DNA from: Lachnospiraceae bacterium
Lineage (GTDB): Bacteria > Bacillota > Clostridia > Lachnospirales > Lachnospiraceae
Length of the DNA stretch: 64,000 nt
Assembly: GCA_014799405.1 (NCBI GenBank)
Contig: JAAVIA010000052.1
Location: forward strand, 8,131 to 72,130
Direction: 5' to 3'
Shown: positions 26,981 to 37,431 of the stretch, one piece after another
Layout: every line of letters begins with the position of its first letter
Numbering within the stretch: the first letter of the stretch is position 1
Position numbers and translations under genes: made by a program
Notes under the pieces: model-generated
The model's database searches: none
Seen by the model: the letters and a program-made list of their open reading frames with translations, nothing else
Told to the model about the DNA's origin: nothing

Positions 26981-29900
26981 ATGGAGTTTACACATTTACA
27001 TGTGCATACCGAATACAGTCTTTTGGACGGCTCGGCAAAAATAAAAGAGCTTGTCGCAAGGGCAAAGGAGCTTGGAATGAAAGCTCTGGCTATTACAGAC
27101 CACGGCGTTATGTACGGTGCAATTGATTTTTATAAGGCATGCAGGGCTGAGGGTATAAAGCCTATTATCGGCTGTGAGGTATATGTTGCTCCAAATTCAA
27201 GATTTGACAGGGAGCTTGTTAAGGGTGATGACAGATATTATCACCTTGTTTTGCTTGCAAAAAATGACTTAGGATATCACAACCTTGCAAAGATTGTATC
27301 AACCGGCTTTATTGAGGGCTATTACTATAAACCCCGTGTGGATATGGAGGTGCTTAAGCAATACAGCGAGGGCGTCATTGCTTTAAGTGCATGTCTTGCA
27401 GGTGAGGTTGCGGTAAACCTTAGAAAAAATAATTATGAGGATGCAAAGGAAGCAGCTTTAAGACATCTTGAAATATTTGGCGAGGGCAATTATTACCTTG
27501 AGATGCAGGACCATGGAATACCGGAGCAGAGAATTGTAAATACGGGAATTATGCGCCTTTCCAAGGAGACGGGTATACCGATGGTAGTTACAAATGATTC
27601 CCACTATATAACGGCTGATGATGCTGAAGCCCATGATGTGCTTTTATGCATACAGACGGGAAAGCTTGTAAGTGACACGGACAGAATGAAATATGAGGGA
27701 GGACAGTATTACCTTAAATCTGCCGAGGAGATGGCAGAGCTTTTTCCCTATGCACCCTCCGCACTTGAAAATACGTGTAAAATTGCTGATATGTGCAATG
27801 TGGAAATTGTTTTTGGCGAGCAGAAGGTTCCAAGATTTGACGTTCCTGATGGGTATGATGCATTTTCCTACCTGAAAATGCTGTGTGAGAAGGGACTTGA
27901 AAAAAGATATAATCCTGTTACCGAGGAGCTTAAAGAGAGGCTTACCTATGAGTTAAACACGATAAAAGACATGGGCTTTGTGGACTACTTCCTCATTGTT
28001 TCTGATTTTATAAGATATGCAAAGGATAACGATATAGCCGTTGGACCGGGCAGGGGCTCTGCTGCGGGAAGCATTGTTTCCTATTCGCTTGATATAACAA
28101 ATATCGACCCTATAAAATTCAATCTGCTTTTTGAGCGTTTTCTTAATCCTGAGCGTGTAACAATGCCGGATATAGATATAGATTTTTGTCCTGACAGACG
28201 TCAGGAGGTTATAGATTATGTAGTAAAAAAATATGGTAAGGAAAAGGTTGTACAGATAGTGACCTTTGGTACAATGGCAGCAAAAATGTGTGTCAGGGAT
28301 GTTGGACGTGTTATGGATTTACCATACAGCCTTTGTGATAAGGTTGCAAAGGCGATACCCGGTGATTTGGGAATGACAATACCGAAGGCCCTTAATGTGA
28401 GTAAGGAACTGAAGGACCTTTATGATACGGATGAAAGCGTTAAAAAGCTTATAGATATGGCAGTGAAGCTTGAGGGGTTGCCAAGACACTGCTCCATGCA
28501 TGCAGCCGGTGTTGTTATAGGCAGGGAGCCTATCATAGAATATGTACCCCTTTCAAGGGGCGGTGAGGATGCAATCACTACCCAGTATAATATGACGACC
28601 ATAGAGGAGCTTGGTCTTCTTAAAATGGATTTCCTTGGACTTAGAAACCTTACCGTCATACAGGAGGCTGCGGAGCTTGTTAAGGAAAATCACGGTATAG
28701 ATATAGATATGGATAATCTCGATTTTGATGACAAAGAGGTTTACGAGATGATTTCTGCAGGAAGGACCGAGGGTGTTTTTCAGCTTGAAAGTTCAGGAAT
28801 GAAAAACTTTATGAAGGAGCTTAAACCTGCAAATATTGAGGATATTATTGCAGGAATATCACTTTACAGGCCGGGACCTATGGATTTTATTCCCCTGTAC
28901 ATAAAGGGAAAGGAAAATCCTGATAAAGTAACCTACGACCATCCGACACTTGAAAAAATATTGGCGCCCACATACGGATGTATCGTGTATCAGGAGCAGG
29001 TTATGCAGATTGTTATGGAACTTGCAGGATATACGCTTGGCAGAAGTGACCTTGTGCGAAGGGCAATGTCCAAGAAAAAGGCTGATGTGATGGCGAAGGA
29101 ACGCCAAAATTTTGTATACGGAAATGCCGATGATGGTGTTCCGGGATGTATAAACAGGGGAATAAGCGAGGAAATTGCCAATAAAATATTTGATGAGATG
29201 ACTGACTTTGCAAAGTATGCATTTAACAAATCCCATGCGGCAGCCTATGCAGTTGTGGCATTTCAGACCGCATATTTAAAATGCCATTATCCTGTTGAAT
29301 TTATGGCAGCACTTATGTCCTCCGTAAAGGAAAATTCGGGAAAGGTAACCGCATATATACAGACACTTAGGTCCATGGGAATAAAGCTTCTTCCCCCTGA
29401 CATTAATCTTGGAAGGGGAGACTTTTCAGTTTCAGGCAGCAGTATACGATATGGATTGTCGGCAGTCAAAAGCGTTGGGGACGGAGTAACTGACGTAATT
29501 AGACATGAGGTTGAGACAAACGGACCATTTAAGAATTTGGAGGATTTTGTAAAAAGGCTGTCCAATAAGGAGGCAAACAAGAGAACAATTGAAAGCTTCA
29601 TTTTATCTGGTGCATTTGACGGGTTTGGAGCAAACAGAAGGCAGATGATGATGGTTTACGGAAAGATTCTTGAGCAGGAGACACAGGAGAAGAAAAACGC
29701 CATGAGCGGTCAGATGTCGTTGCTTGATTTTCTCGGTGAGGAGGAGAAAAGTGATTTTGCCGTTAAGTATCCTGATGTGGAGGAATACAAAAAGGATGAG
29801 CTCCTTGCAAAGGAAAAGGAAATGCTTGGAGTATATCTGTCTGGACATCCCATGGATGATTACATGGACATTATTGAAAAATCCGTAAATGTAAAATCCT

Positions 29901-30463
29901 CTGATTTTGCCATAGAGGATGAGGACGAGGGCTTTGGCGTTTTTGACAGGCAGCAGTGTAAAATTGCAGGTTCCATAGAGGCAGTTACGATAAAGACAAC
30001 AAGACATGGGGACAATATGGCTTTTATAACCCTTGAAGATTTATACGGCACTGTTGAGGTCGTTGTATTTCCAAGAGACTATATGAAACACAGAAGTTAT
30101 CTTGTAAAGGACGGCAAGGTAATGGTAACCGGAAACGCCTCCGTGTCAGAGAGTGAGGCAAAGCTTCTGCTTTCGGAGATAACATCTCTTGACGAGGTAA
30201 GAAACGATATTGAGGATGAAAAAAGGGACGTATGGCTCAGGTTTGATGACGAGGAGGCATATAATAAGGCTTCCTTGGATGTTATTGGATATATAAAGGA
30301 AAATAAGGGGAAATCAAACGTAATTATTTTTCTTGAGGCTGAAAAAAAGATGAAAAGCCTTGGGGATATGAAAGTGCGTTCCAATGAGGATGGCATGGCA
30401 AAAATGAGAATGGCATTTGGTGAGGAAAATGTCCGTATTGTAAGTAAGATATTAAAAGTGTAA
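26981..30463 (+). CDS. dnaE: DNA polymerase III alpha subunit
   Basis: PHP domain HLHVHTEYSLLDG, GRGSAAGS, PDIDIDF, KMDFLGL, FNKSHAAAY, OB fold. Confidence 0.99.
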   Translation: MEFTHLHVHTEYSLLDGSAKIKELVARAKELGMKALAITDHGVMYGAIDFYKACRAEGIKPIIGCEVYVAPNSRFDRELVKGDDRYYHLVLLAKNDLGYHNLAKIVSTGFIEGYYYKPRVDMEVLKQYSEGVIALSACLAGEVAVNLRKNNYEDAKEAALRHLEIFGEGNYYLEMQDHGIPEQRIVNTGIMRLSKETGIPMVVTNDSHYITADDAEAHDVLLCIQTGKLVSDTDRMKYEGGQYYLKSAEEMAELFPYAPSALENTCKIADMCNVEIVFGEQKVPRFDVPDGYDAFSYLKMLCEKGLEKRYNPVTEELKERLTYELNTIKDMGFVDYFLIVSDFIRYAKDNDIAVGPGRGSAAGSIVSYSLDITNIDPIKFNLLFERFLNPERVTMPDIDIDFCPDRRQEVIDYVVKKYGKEKVVQIVTFGTMAAKMCVRDVGRVMDLPYSLCDKVAKAIPGDLGMTIPKALNVSKELKDLYDTDESVKKLIDMAVKLEGLPRHCSMHAAGVVIGREPIIEYVPLSRGGEDAITTQYNMTTIEELGLLKMDFLGLRNLTVIQEAAELVKENHGIDIDMDNLDFDDKEVYEMISAGRTEGVFQLESSGMKNFMKELKPANIEDIIAGISLYRPGPMDFIPLYIKGKENPDKVTYDHPTLEKILAPTYGCIVYQEQVMQIVMELAGYTLGRSDLVRRAMSKKKADVMAKERQNFVYGNADDGVPGCINRGISEEIANKIFDEMTDFAKYAFNKSHAAAYAVVAFQTAYLKCHYPVEFMAALMSSVKENSGKVTAYIQTLRSMGIKLLPPDINLGRGDFSVSGSSIRYGLSAVKSVGDGVTDVIRHEVETNGPFKNLEDFVKRLSNKEANKRTIESFILSGAFDGFGANRRQMMMVYGKILEQETQEKKNAMSGQMSLLDFLGEEEKSDFAVKYPDVEEYKKDELLAKEKEMLGVYLSGHPMDDYMDIIEKSVNVKSSDFAIEDEDEGFGVFDRQQCKIAGSIEAVTIKTTRHGDNMAFITLEDLYGTVEVVVFPRDYMKHRSYLVKDGKVMVTGNASVSESEAKLLLSEITSLDEVRNDIEDEKRDVWLRFDDEEAYNKASLDVIGYIKENKGKSNVIIFLEAEKKMKSLGDMKVRSNEDGMAKMRMAFGEENVRIVSKILKV

Positions 30464-30492
30464 CGATATAGTACAATTGTGGAGGACCGTTT

Positions 30493-31281
30493 ATGGTTAT
30501 TAGGTCAGGCTCAAATGAGAAGGTTAAGCAGCTTAGGAAGCTTGTTAAATCATCTAAGGAAAGAATGGAAAAAGGTTTGTATATAGTTGAAGGCATAAGG
30601 ATGTTTCGGGAGATACCGGAATCTCAAATTGTTGAGGTATATATAAGTGAGGGAGCACTTGAAAAATATGAGGCTGATACCTCTGCCCTATTGTGTGATT
30701 GCCATGTTTTATCAGACAGTGTATTTCAGACTGTATCGGATACGAAGTCACCTCAAGGAATCCTTGCAATTGTAAGGATGAGGGATTATACTCTTGAGGA
30801 TATTTGCGGTTACACATTTGATTCAGATAAATGTCCGTTTATTTTAGTAGCGGAAAGATTGCAGGATCCCGGAAATCTCGGCACCATTATACGGTCCGCC
30901 GAGGCAGCAGGTGTTACAGGAGTTATTTTAAGTAATGGCTGTGCAGATATTTATAATCCGAAAACCGTAAGGGCTACAATGGGTTCATTGTTCAGAATGC
31001 CAGTGTATTTTTCGGAAAATTTGAAAGAGGATATTAATTTACTTCATAATAATAATATAAAGATATATGGCGCACATCTTAAGGGGAAGAGCATGTATGA
31101 AGCAGATTTCACAAAACCATCGGCATTTCTTATAGGAAATGAGGGGAATGGGCTTAGTGAGGAAATAGCTGCCGCAGCGGATGAGCTTATTTATATTCCA
31201 ATGAAAGGAGGGGGAGAATCTTTAAATGCAGCGGTTTCCGCATCTGTTATATGCTATGAGGTTTTGCGCCAAAGACTTTGA
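30493..31281 (+). CDS. TrmH/SpoU family RNA 2'-O-methyltransferase
   Basis: QDPGNLGTIIRSA, IGNEGNG, IPMKG..ESLNAA. Confidence 0.93.
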   Translation: MVIRSGSNEKVKQLRKLVKSSKERMEKGLYIVEGIRMFREIPESQIVEVYISEGALEKYEADTSALLCDCHVLSDSVFQTVSDTKSPQGILAIVRMRDYTLEDICGYTFDSDKCPFILVAERLQDPGNLGTIIRSAEAAGVTGVILSNGCADIYNPKTVRATMGSLFRMPVYFSENLKEDINLLHNNNIKIYGAHLKGKSMYEADFTKPSAFLIGNEGNGLSEEIAAAADELIYIPMKGGGESLNAAVSASVICYEVLRQRL

Positions 31282-31444
31282 TGTTTTTTATTTCGATGGT
31301 TTTCGAGAATTATATATGTAAAACCATGTCGAAGGGTTTATTTTTATTTAAGGTCTATTTTATTATTTTATGAATATATTTAATATGTACATGTAAACTT
31401 TGTATAAAATCATTCACATTACGATTTAAAAGGGGAGGAGAAAT

Positions 31445-32077
31445 ATGACAGAGAAGATTTTAAATAACAATCAGGTAGTGGTGGCAGGAGAAATAGTATC
31501 GGACTTCAGGTTCAGCCATGAGATATTCGGGGAAGGATTTTACATGGTTGACCTTATCGTCAGCAGATTGAGTGATGCCCATGACGTTATACCACTTATG
31601 GTATCAGACAGATTATTTGATGTGGAGGGCTCACATATTGGTGAAAAGGTTCTTGCAAAAGGACAGTTTCGTTCCTACAACAAGCATGAGGAAAATAAGA
31701 ATAGACTTATTTTGTCAGTGTTTGTAAGAGAAATTGAACTACTTGGGGAGGATGACGACAGGGACAATAAGCCGAATCAGATTTATCTTGACGGATATAT
31801 ATGCAAGGAGCCTATATACAGAATGACTCCGCTTGGCAGGGAAATTGCCGACATATTGCTTGCGGTAAATCGTGCGTATGGAAAATCTGATTACATACCT
31901 TGTATATGTTGGGGTAGAAATGCCAGATTTGCAGGAAAGCTTGCTGTTGGAGAGCATGTTGCCATATGGGGCAGAATACAGAGCAGGGAATATCAGAAAA
32001 AGGTTGGTCAGGATGAGATTGTAAATAAGGTGGCTTATGAGGTATCAGTAAGTAAAATGGAATGCCTGGAAAGCTAG
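31445..32077 (+). CDS. ssb: Single-stranded DNA-binding protein (tandem OB folds, clostridial type)
   Basis: Two OB folds: NNQVVVAG...GQFRSYN and NQIYLDGY...RMTPLGREI...GRIQSREY. Confidence 0.8.
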   Translation: MTEKILNNNQVVVAGEIVSDFRFSHEIFGEGFYMVDLIVSRLSDAHDVIPLMVSDRLFDVEGSHIGEKVLAKGQFRSYNKHEENKNRLILSVFVREIELLGEDDDRDNKPNQIYLDGYICKEPIYRMTPLGREIADILLAVNRAYGKSDYIPCICWGRNARFAGKLAVGEHVAIWGRIQSREYQKKVGQDEIVNKVAYEVSVSKMECLES

Positions 32078-32137
32078 TTGGCATTATGTCATTGACATAT
32101 ATATTATAGGTATGCTAATATGTTTGGTATAGTTACA

Positions 32138-32384
32138 TAGTAGAGGTGCAGAATTCAAAAGTACCCTGTGCGATGTCTTAGAGCAGAGGAACGCAGGCGA
32201 AAGGGGATTTTGCCGAAGAAAGATATTATCTAAGTAATATTTTTCTGGTTGTGCAGTTAATAGCTGTACGACTGTCATCGGAAGCTGTATTGGGTTTTCG
32301 TAGAAAACCTGATATGTAGCGTCACCGTTTCGCCGAAGGCGAATTAGGATCGGTGACGTTCCAAGTAAGATGGAGCGCTACTAG
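32138..32384 (+). ncRNA. Lysine riboswitch with enlarged, branched P5
   Basis: TAGTAGAGGTGC...GAAAGG...TGCCGAA...ACTGTCA...GGAGCGCTACTA consensus blocks, upstream of dapA-dapB. Confidence 0.92.
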
Positions 32385-32406
32385 TGGAATAAATAAGTTT
32401 TTATTT

Positions 32407-32445
32407 TACGGTTGGCACTTTGTCGGTGCTGACCGTATTTTTTTT
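32407..32445 (+). terminator. Expression-platform terminator of the lysine riboswitch
   Basis: TACGGTTGGCAC/GTGCTGACCGTA stem followed by T8, just before the dapA RBS. Confidence 0.85.
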
Positions 32446-32459
32446 AGGAGGATAATATT

Positions 32460-33347
32460 ATGGCAATTTTTACGGGTGCAGGTGTTGCAATTGTGACACC
32501 ATTTAATGAGGATGGTTCAGTAGATTACGATTCATTTAGGAAACTTATTGAGTTTCAGGTTGAAAATGGTACTGATTGTATTATTGTATGCGGAACGACA
32601 GGGGAGGCATCAACACTTACACATGAAGAACATCTTGAATGTATCAGATTTTGTGTGGAGGTAGTAAACAAGCGGATACCTGTGGTGGCAGGAACCGGCT
32701 CAAACTGTACCGAAACCGCAATATATCTCTCCAAGGAGGCAGAAAAATATGGCGCCGACGGACTTTTGCTTGTGACCCCTTACTACAACAAAGCAACACA
32801 AAAGGGGCTTATTGCACATTTTACGGCTATTGCAGACAGTGTTTCAATTCCGATAATTCTGTATAATGTACCAAGCAGGACAGGAGTAAATATTTTACCT
32901 GAAACAGCAGTTGCACTTGCAAAGAATGTTGAAAATATCGTGGCTATAAAGGAAGCATCGGGAAACATTTCCCAGATAGCAAAGCTTGCTGCGTTGGCAG
33001 ACGGATGTATAGATATTTATTCGGGAAATGATGATCAGGTTATACCGATTCTTTCTCTTGGAGGAAAGGGTGTCATATCTGTTCTTTCAAATGTTGCACC
33101 AAGGGAAACTCATGATATGGTTGCAAAATATCTTGAGGGTGATGTGAAAGGGGCTTTGGATATACAGCTTAAGGCAATCTCTCTTTGTGACGCACTATTC
33201 TGTGAGGTAAATCCTATTCCTGTTAAAAAGGGTGTTGCACTTATGGGATATTGTAATGGAAAGCTCAGAATGCCGCTTACGGATATTGAGGAGGCAAATG
33301 AGGCTAAGCTTACAAGGGCAATGAAAGATTTTGGAATAAAGCTTTAG
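32460..33347 (+). CDS. dapA: 4-hydroxy-tetrahydrodipicolinate synthase
   Basis: GTTGE, PYYNK, LYNVPSRT, IKEASG. Confidence 0.98.
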   Translation: MAIFTGAGVAIVTPFNEDGSVDYDSFRKLIEFQVENGTDCIIVCGTTGEASTLTHEEHLECIRFCVEVVNKRIPVVAGTGSNCTETAIYLSKEAEKYGADGLLLVTPYYNKATQKGLIAHFTAIADSVSIPIILYNVPSRTGVNILPETAVALAKNVENIVAIKEASGNISQIAKLAALADGCIDIYSGNDDQVIPILSLGGKGVISVLSNVAPRETHDMVAKYLEGDVKGALDIQLKAISLCDALFCEVNPIPVKKGVALMGYCNGKLRMPLTDIEEANEAKLTRAMKDFGIKL

Positions 33348-33358
33348 GAGGAAGTACG

Positions 33359-34114
33359 ATGATAAGGATAATCATGCATGGCTGCAATGGAAAAATGGGT
33401 CAGGTAATAACCGGAATATGCAAGGAAGACCCTGCTGTCAATATTGTTGCAGGTGTAGATGTGGTGGACAATAGGGATAATGGATATCCGGTTTTTACAG
33501 ATATTGAGAAGTGTGATGTCCCGGCAGATGTTATAATAGATTTTGCTGCTGCTGTTGCAGTTGATAAGCTTCTTGATTACGCAGTGGCAAAAGCTATACC
33601 GGTTGTTCTTTGCACAACGGGCTTAAGCCCTGAGCAGCTTAATAAGGTTAAGGTGTCCTCAGAGAAGGTTGCCCTGCTTAAATCAGCCAATATGAGCCTT
33701 GGAATAAACACGCTTATAAAGCTTCTCAAGGATGCGGCAAATGTTTTTGCGCCTGCCGGATATGATATAGAAATCGTTGAAAAGCATCATAACCAAAAGG
33801 TGGATGCACCGTCAGGAACTGCGCTTGCATTGGCGGATTCTATAAATGAAGCAAGAAACAACGAATACGAATATGTTTACGACCGTTCACAGGTAAGGCA
33901 GAAAAGAGGAGCAAAGGAGCTTGGCATATCTGCCGTGAGAGGTGGAACAATAGTAGGTGAGCATGAGGTTATATTTGCAGGTGTAGATGAGGTTATAGAA
34001 TTTAAGCATACTGCATACTCAAAATCAGTATTTGCCAAGGGAGCTGTTGAGGCGGCAAAATTTCTTTCGGGAAAACCTGCGGGAATGTACGATATGGCAG
34101 ATGTGATATGTTAG
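33359..34114 (+). CDS. dapB: 4-hydroxy-tetrahydrodipicolinate reductase
   Basis: GCNGKMG, CTTG, EKHHNQKVDAPSGTA. Confidence 0.98.
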   Translation: MIRIIMHGCNGKMGQVITGICKEDPAVNIVAGVDVVDNRDNGYPVFTDIEKCDVPADVIIDFAAAVAVDKLLDYAVAKAIPVVLCTTGLSPEQLNKVKVSSEKVALLKSANMSLGINTLIKLLKDAANVFAPAGYDIEIVEKHHNQKVDAPSGTALALADSINEARNNEYEYVYDRSQVRQKRGAKELGISAVRGGTIVGEHEVIFAGVDEVIEFKHTAYSKSVFAKGAVEAAKFLSGKPAGMYDMADVIC

Positions 34115-34120
34115 AATAAT

Positions 34121-34246
34121 TCCGTACTGCGAATAATGCTTGTTTATTTATAATACAAGCATTATTCATAGGACGGATAAACGAACACGAGCATGAAATG
34201 CGAGGGTTTGTTGTGATTACGAGAGCACTGTGTGCGGAGTAATCAT
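34121..34246. repeat. Three-hairpin structured intergenic element (REP-like or ncRNA)
   Basis: 13-bp perfect stem 34131-34143/34155-34167, then two look-alike hairpins (ACGA-GCAT-gaa-ATGC-GAGG and GAGA-GCAC-tgt-GTGC-GGA). Confidence 0.6.
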
Positions 34247-34280
34247 AATTATTAAAACATATAAAAACAGGAGATAAAAT

Positions 34281-34595
34281 ATGTATCAGGACAATGTCGT
34301 TCTTTGCAGTGCATCAAAATATACTCAGAAATATTATCTGAATGAGGACTTTGAGGGGCTTCCTGAGGAGGTAAAAAAGGAGCTTCAGATTATGTGTGTC
34401 CTTTTTACCGAGGATGTTGGTGGAATTATTATACTTGAGTATGATGTAGATGGAAACCTTCAAATAAAGACGGAGGCATATGAGGAAGACATATTGTATG
34501 ATGAGATAGGCAGCGTTCTTAAAGTAAAGCAGCTTCAGGAAACTAAGAAGGAGCTTTTTCATCAGCTTGAGCAGTATTTTGAAGCATTCTTTTAA
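34281..34595 (+). CDS. Conserved hypothetical protein (resembles DUF6145)
   Basis: VVLCSASKYTQKYYLN..LP..VKKELQIMCVLF and DEIG pattern. RBS CAGGAG. Confidence 0.75.
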   Translation: MYQDNVVLCSASKYTQKYYLNEDFEGLPEEVKKELQIMCVLFTEDVGGIIILEYDVDGNLQIKTEAYEEDILYDEIGSVLKVKQLQETKKELFHQLEQYFEAFF

Positions 34596-34652
34596 ATGAA
34601 ACTATAATGAGTAAATTTGCCGGATTTTCTCGGTATAAAATGAGGTAAAAAC

Positions 34653-35417
34653 ATGTTATTTGCGATAGATGTTGGAAATACAAATATAACAGTAGGTTTA
34701 TTTGATAAGGACAAGCTTATAAATACATTCAGAATGACAACGGGAATTGCCAGAACCTCCGATGAGTACGGAATGTTTCTAGGTGACTGGTTAAGTCTCA
34801 GAAATATGAAATTATCTGATATAGATGCAGTTATAATAGCGTCAGTTGTTCCAAATGTCATGCATTCCCTTACAAGTGGAATAATAAAATATTTTCATAT
34901 TCAGCCGATTATAGTGGCGCCCGGGATAAAGACGGGAATCAATGTGACGATACCGAATCCAAAAACGCTTGGAGCGGACCGCCTTGTGGATGCGGTGGCA
35001 GCATATGAGCTTTACGGTGGACCTATAATAGTGGTTGATTTTGGAACTGCAACAACACATGACCTTGTACTTGCAGACGGAAGCTTTCATTCAGGCGTAA
35101 CATCCCCCGGAATAAGGCTTGCGGCAAGCGCACTTTGGACAGGCGCAGCAAAGCTTCCCGAGATAGAAATAAGAAGGCCTGACACCATACTTGCAAAGGA
35201 TACGGTATCAAGCATGCAGGCAGGCGTATTTTACGGCTACATTGGTCAGACGGAATACATTATAAGAAAAATAAAAGAGGAAGCAAAGCTGGAAAACATA
35301 AAAGTCGTTGCAACAGGCGGACTTGGCAAGCTTATATCAGAAAACACCAATGACATAGATATATACGATCCAAACCTGACCTTACAGGGCTTACGTTTAA
35401 TATATGAAAAACAGTAA
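34653..35417 (+). CDS. coaX: Type III pantothenate kinase
   Basis: [24 protein letters not shown]. Confidence 0.97.
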   Translation: MLFAIDVGNTNITVGLFDKDKLINTFRMTTGIARTSDEYGMFLGDWLSLRNMKLSDIDAVIIASVVPNVMHSLTSGIIKYFHIQPIIVAPGIKTGINVTIPNPKTLGADRLVDAVAAYELYGGPIIVVDFGTATTHDLVLADGSFHSGVTSPGIRLAASALWTGAAKLPEIEIRRPDTILAKDTVSSMQAGVFYGYIGQTEYIIRKIKEEAKLENIKVVATGGLGKLISENTNDIDIYDPNLTLQGLRLIYEKQ

Positions 35418-35438
35418 AATTATATTGGGGTAAACAAT

Positions 35439-36377
35439 ATGATAGATTTCAAAGACAAACTCATACTTGCACCAATGGCAGGAATATGTGACCTGCCATT
35501 TCGTTTGTTATGCAAGGAGCAGGGCTGTGACCTGCTATATACGGAAATGGTAAGTGCAAAGGGAATGTACTATAAAAACAAAAATACGGAACCTCTTATA
35601 ATGACAAGACCCGACGAAAAACCCATAGGCGTCCAGATTTTTGGAAGTGAGCCGCAGCTTATGGCGCAGCAGGCAGAAATACTCTGTGACGGAGGGTTTG
35701 ATTTTATAGATATCAATATGGGGTGCCCTGTGCCAAAGATAGTAAATAACGGTGAGGGTTCTGCACTTATGAAAAATCCGCAGCTTATTGGTGAAATCGT
35801 TTATGAAGTCTCAAATAAATGCAAGCTTCCCGTAACAATAAAAATCCGTGCGGGCTTTTCAAAGGATATGGTAAATGCACCTGAGATTGCCGTTATTGCA
35901 GAAAAAGCAGGTGCAGCGGCAATAGCGGTACATGGAAGAACAAGGGAACAGTTTTATCAGGGAACAGCTGACTGGGAGGTTATACGCAAGGTAAAGGAAG
36001 CGGTGTCAATACCGGTAATTGGAAATGGAGATATAACAAATGGCAGTGATGTGATTAAAATTAAGGAGCAGACAGGCTGTGACAGTGTAATGATAGGTCG
36101 GGCGGCAAAGGGCAATCCGTGGATATTTAAAGAAATAAAAGAATATTTAGCAAATGGAACGGTAATTCCAAGACCGGACATATCAGAAATACGTGACATG
36201 ATACTCAGGCATGCGGCTCTTATGATAGAATATAAAGGAGAATATACGGGAATACATGAAATGAGAAAGCATGTTGCATGGTATACCCAGGGTTTAAAAA
36301 ACTCTGCAAAGCTTAGGGCGAGGGTAAATGCGGTTGAAAGCTATAAGGAGCTTGAGGCGCTTATAGAAACTCTGTAA
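35439..36377 (+). CDS. dusB: tRNA-dihydrouridine synthase
   Basis: LAPMAG, DINMGCP, GSALM, VHGRT, IGNGDI, MIGRA. Confidence 0.95.
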   Translation: MIDFKDKLILAPMAGICDLPFRLLCKEQGCDLLYTEMVSAKGMYYKNKNTEPLIMTRPDEKPIGVQIFGSEPQLMAQQAEILCDGGFDFIDINMGCPVPKIVNNGEGSALMKNPQLIGEIVYEVSNKCKLPVTIKIRAGFSKDMVNAPEIAVIAEKAGAAAIAVHGRTREQFYQGTADWEVIRKVKEAVSIPVIGNGDITNGSDVIKIKEQTGCDSVMIGRAAKGNPWIFKEIKEYLANGTVIPRPDISEIRDMILRHAALMIEYKGEYTGIHEMRKHVAWYTQGLKNSAKLRARVNAVESYKELEALIETL

Positions 36378-36381
36378 AATA

Positions 36382-37161
36382 CTAACAGCCGATTTTATAA
36401 AGCTTGTCAGAAACGGCAAGCTTTTCGTATTTATCAAGATAATCCTGCTTTTTACATGAGACAATATAATTTTTATTATATCGTTTTTTAATTCCGTTTT
36501 TATTAAGTATATCGACAGCCTTATTGTATGCAATTGCAGCGGATACTTCGTCATCATATCTGCCGACAAGATAGTTGCCGTTGACATGTATATAGGTCTC
36601 AAAAATGTTTTTGCCCTTTAAGTTTTTTTGCCTTACGCCTGTATAACCGTTTATAATTTTGATGTTTGAATAACGATAGTCATCAGGGTCGTTATTTACC
36701 ATAATATAATCCCTGCCATAAACGGCAAAGGGACGTATTCCGTATCTGGATAAAATTTTGTACTGGCTGCCATAATCACTGACAAAAAGATAACCGCCCT
36801 TTTTTTGTATTTTATGTGCCGAATAAAAAAATAAATCGTCACGGTCAAATTTAAGTATATGATTTGCGGACATGTAATACTCAAAAAAACGGTTTTTTAA
36901 AAAAATAGGATTTGGGATATAAAGTCCGTTAATTACATAGTTGGAAAGCACGATAAATTTGTCGTGGGGTAAGGCAAGCTCTGACGAGTAATCATCAGGA
37001 GTAAGCTTACAGTCTATAATATTTTTGCCGTCAAGGTATGCCCTTTTTGCTGTTTCAATGTCATCATAGCTGCCAAGACTAATATGCTTGCCGCGAAATG
37101 TGATGGAAACTCTGTATGAGACGGATTTGTCTTTTTTTTGTGTTATGTAAACACCTTTCAT
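36382..37161 (-). CDS. Hypothetical protein with two AP2-like DNA-binding domains flanking a degenerate HNH-like segment
   Basis: KGVY...YRVSI...HISLGSYDDIETAKRAY and YTGV...FETYI...LVGRYDDEVSAAIAYN. Confidence 0.7.
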   Translation of the reverse strand: MKGVYITQKKDKSVSYRVSITFRGKHISLGSYDDIETAKRAYLDGKNIIDCKLTPDDYSSELALPHDKFIVLSNYVINGLYIPNPIFLKNRFFEYYMSANHILKFDRDDLFFYSAHKIQKKGGYLFVSDYGSQYKILSRYGIRPFAVYGRDYIMVNNDPDDYRYSNIKIINGYTGVRQKNLKGKNIFETYIHVNGNYLVGRYDDEVSAAIAYNKAVDILNKNGIKKRYNKNYIVSCKKQDYLDKYEKLAVSDKLYKIGC

Positions 37162-37384
37162 TATATGTAATTCTCCTATGATATTTATGTGAATCAGAAA
37201 ATTTATGCATATAAAATGCTATAAGCATTATTTTAAATTATATATTATGAAGCAATCTATATGCAAGATAAAAGTGATTCATTAAATATATGCTACATAT
37301 TGTGTATGTTATGTATAACCTGTACAAAATATACAACAACATATGGATATTTTTCACAACCTTTAATAAAAAATTAAAAAAAAC

Positions 37385-37413
37385 TTGACCGTAAGCTTTA
37401 TGTTAACTATAAT
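37385..37413 (+). promoter_or_regulatory. Sigma-A promoter of the 3D-domain gene
   Basis: TTGACC-17 bp-TATAAT. Confidence 0.7.
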
Positions 37414-37431
37414 TCAAAATATATAAAAAGA

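Noticed and set aside
26981-30463. Intein or split in dnaE
   Set aside because: Length (1160 aa) and domain order are normal, with no intein motifs.
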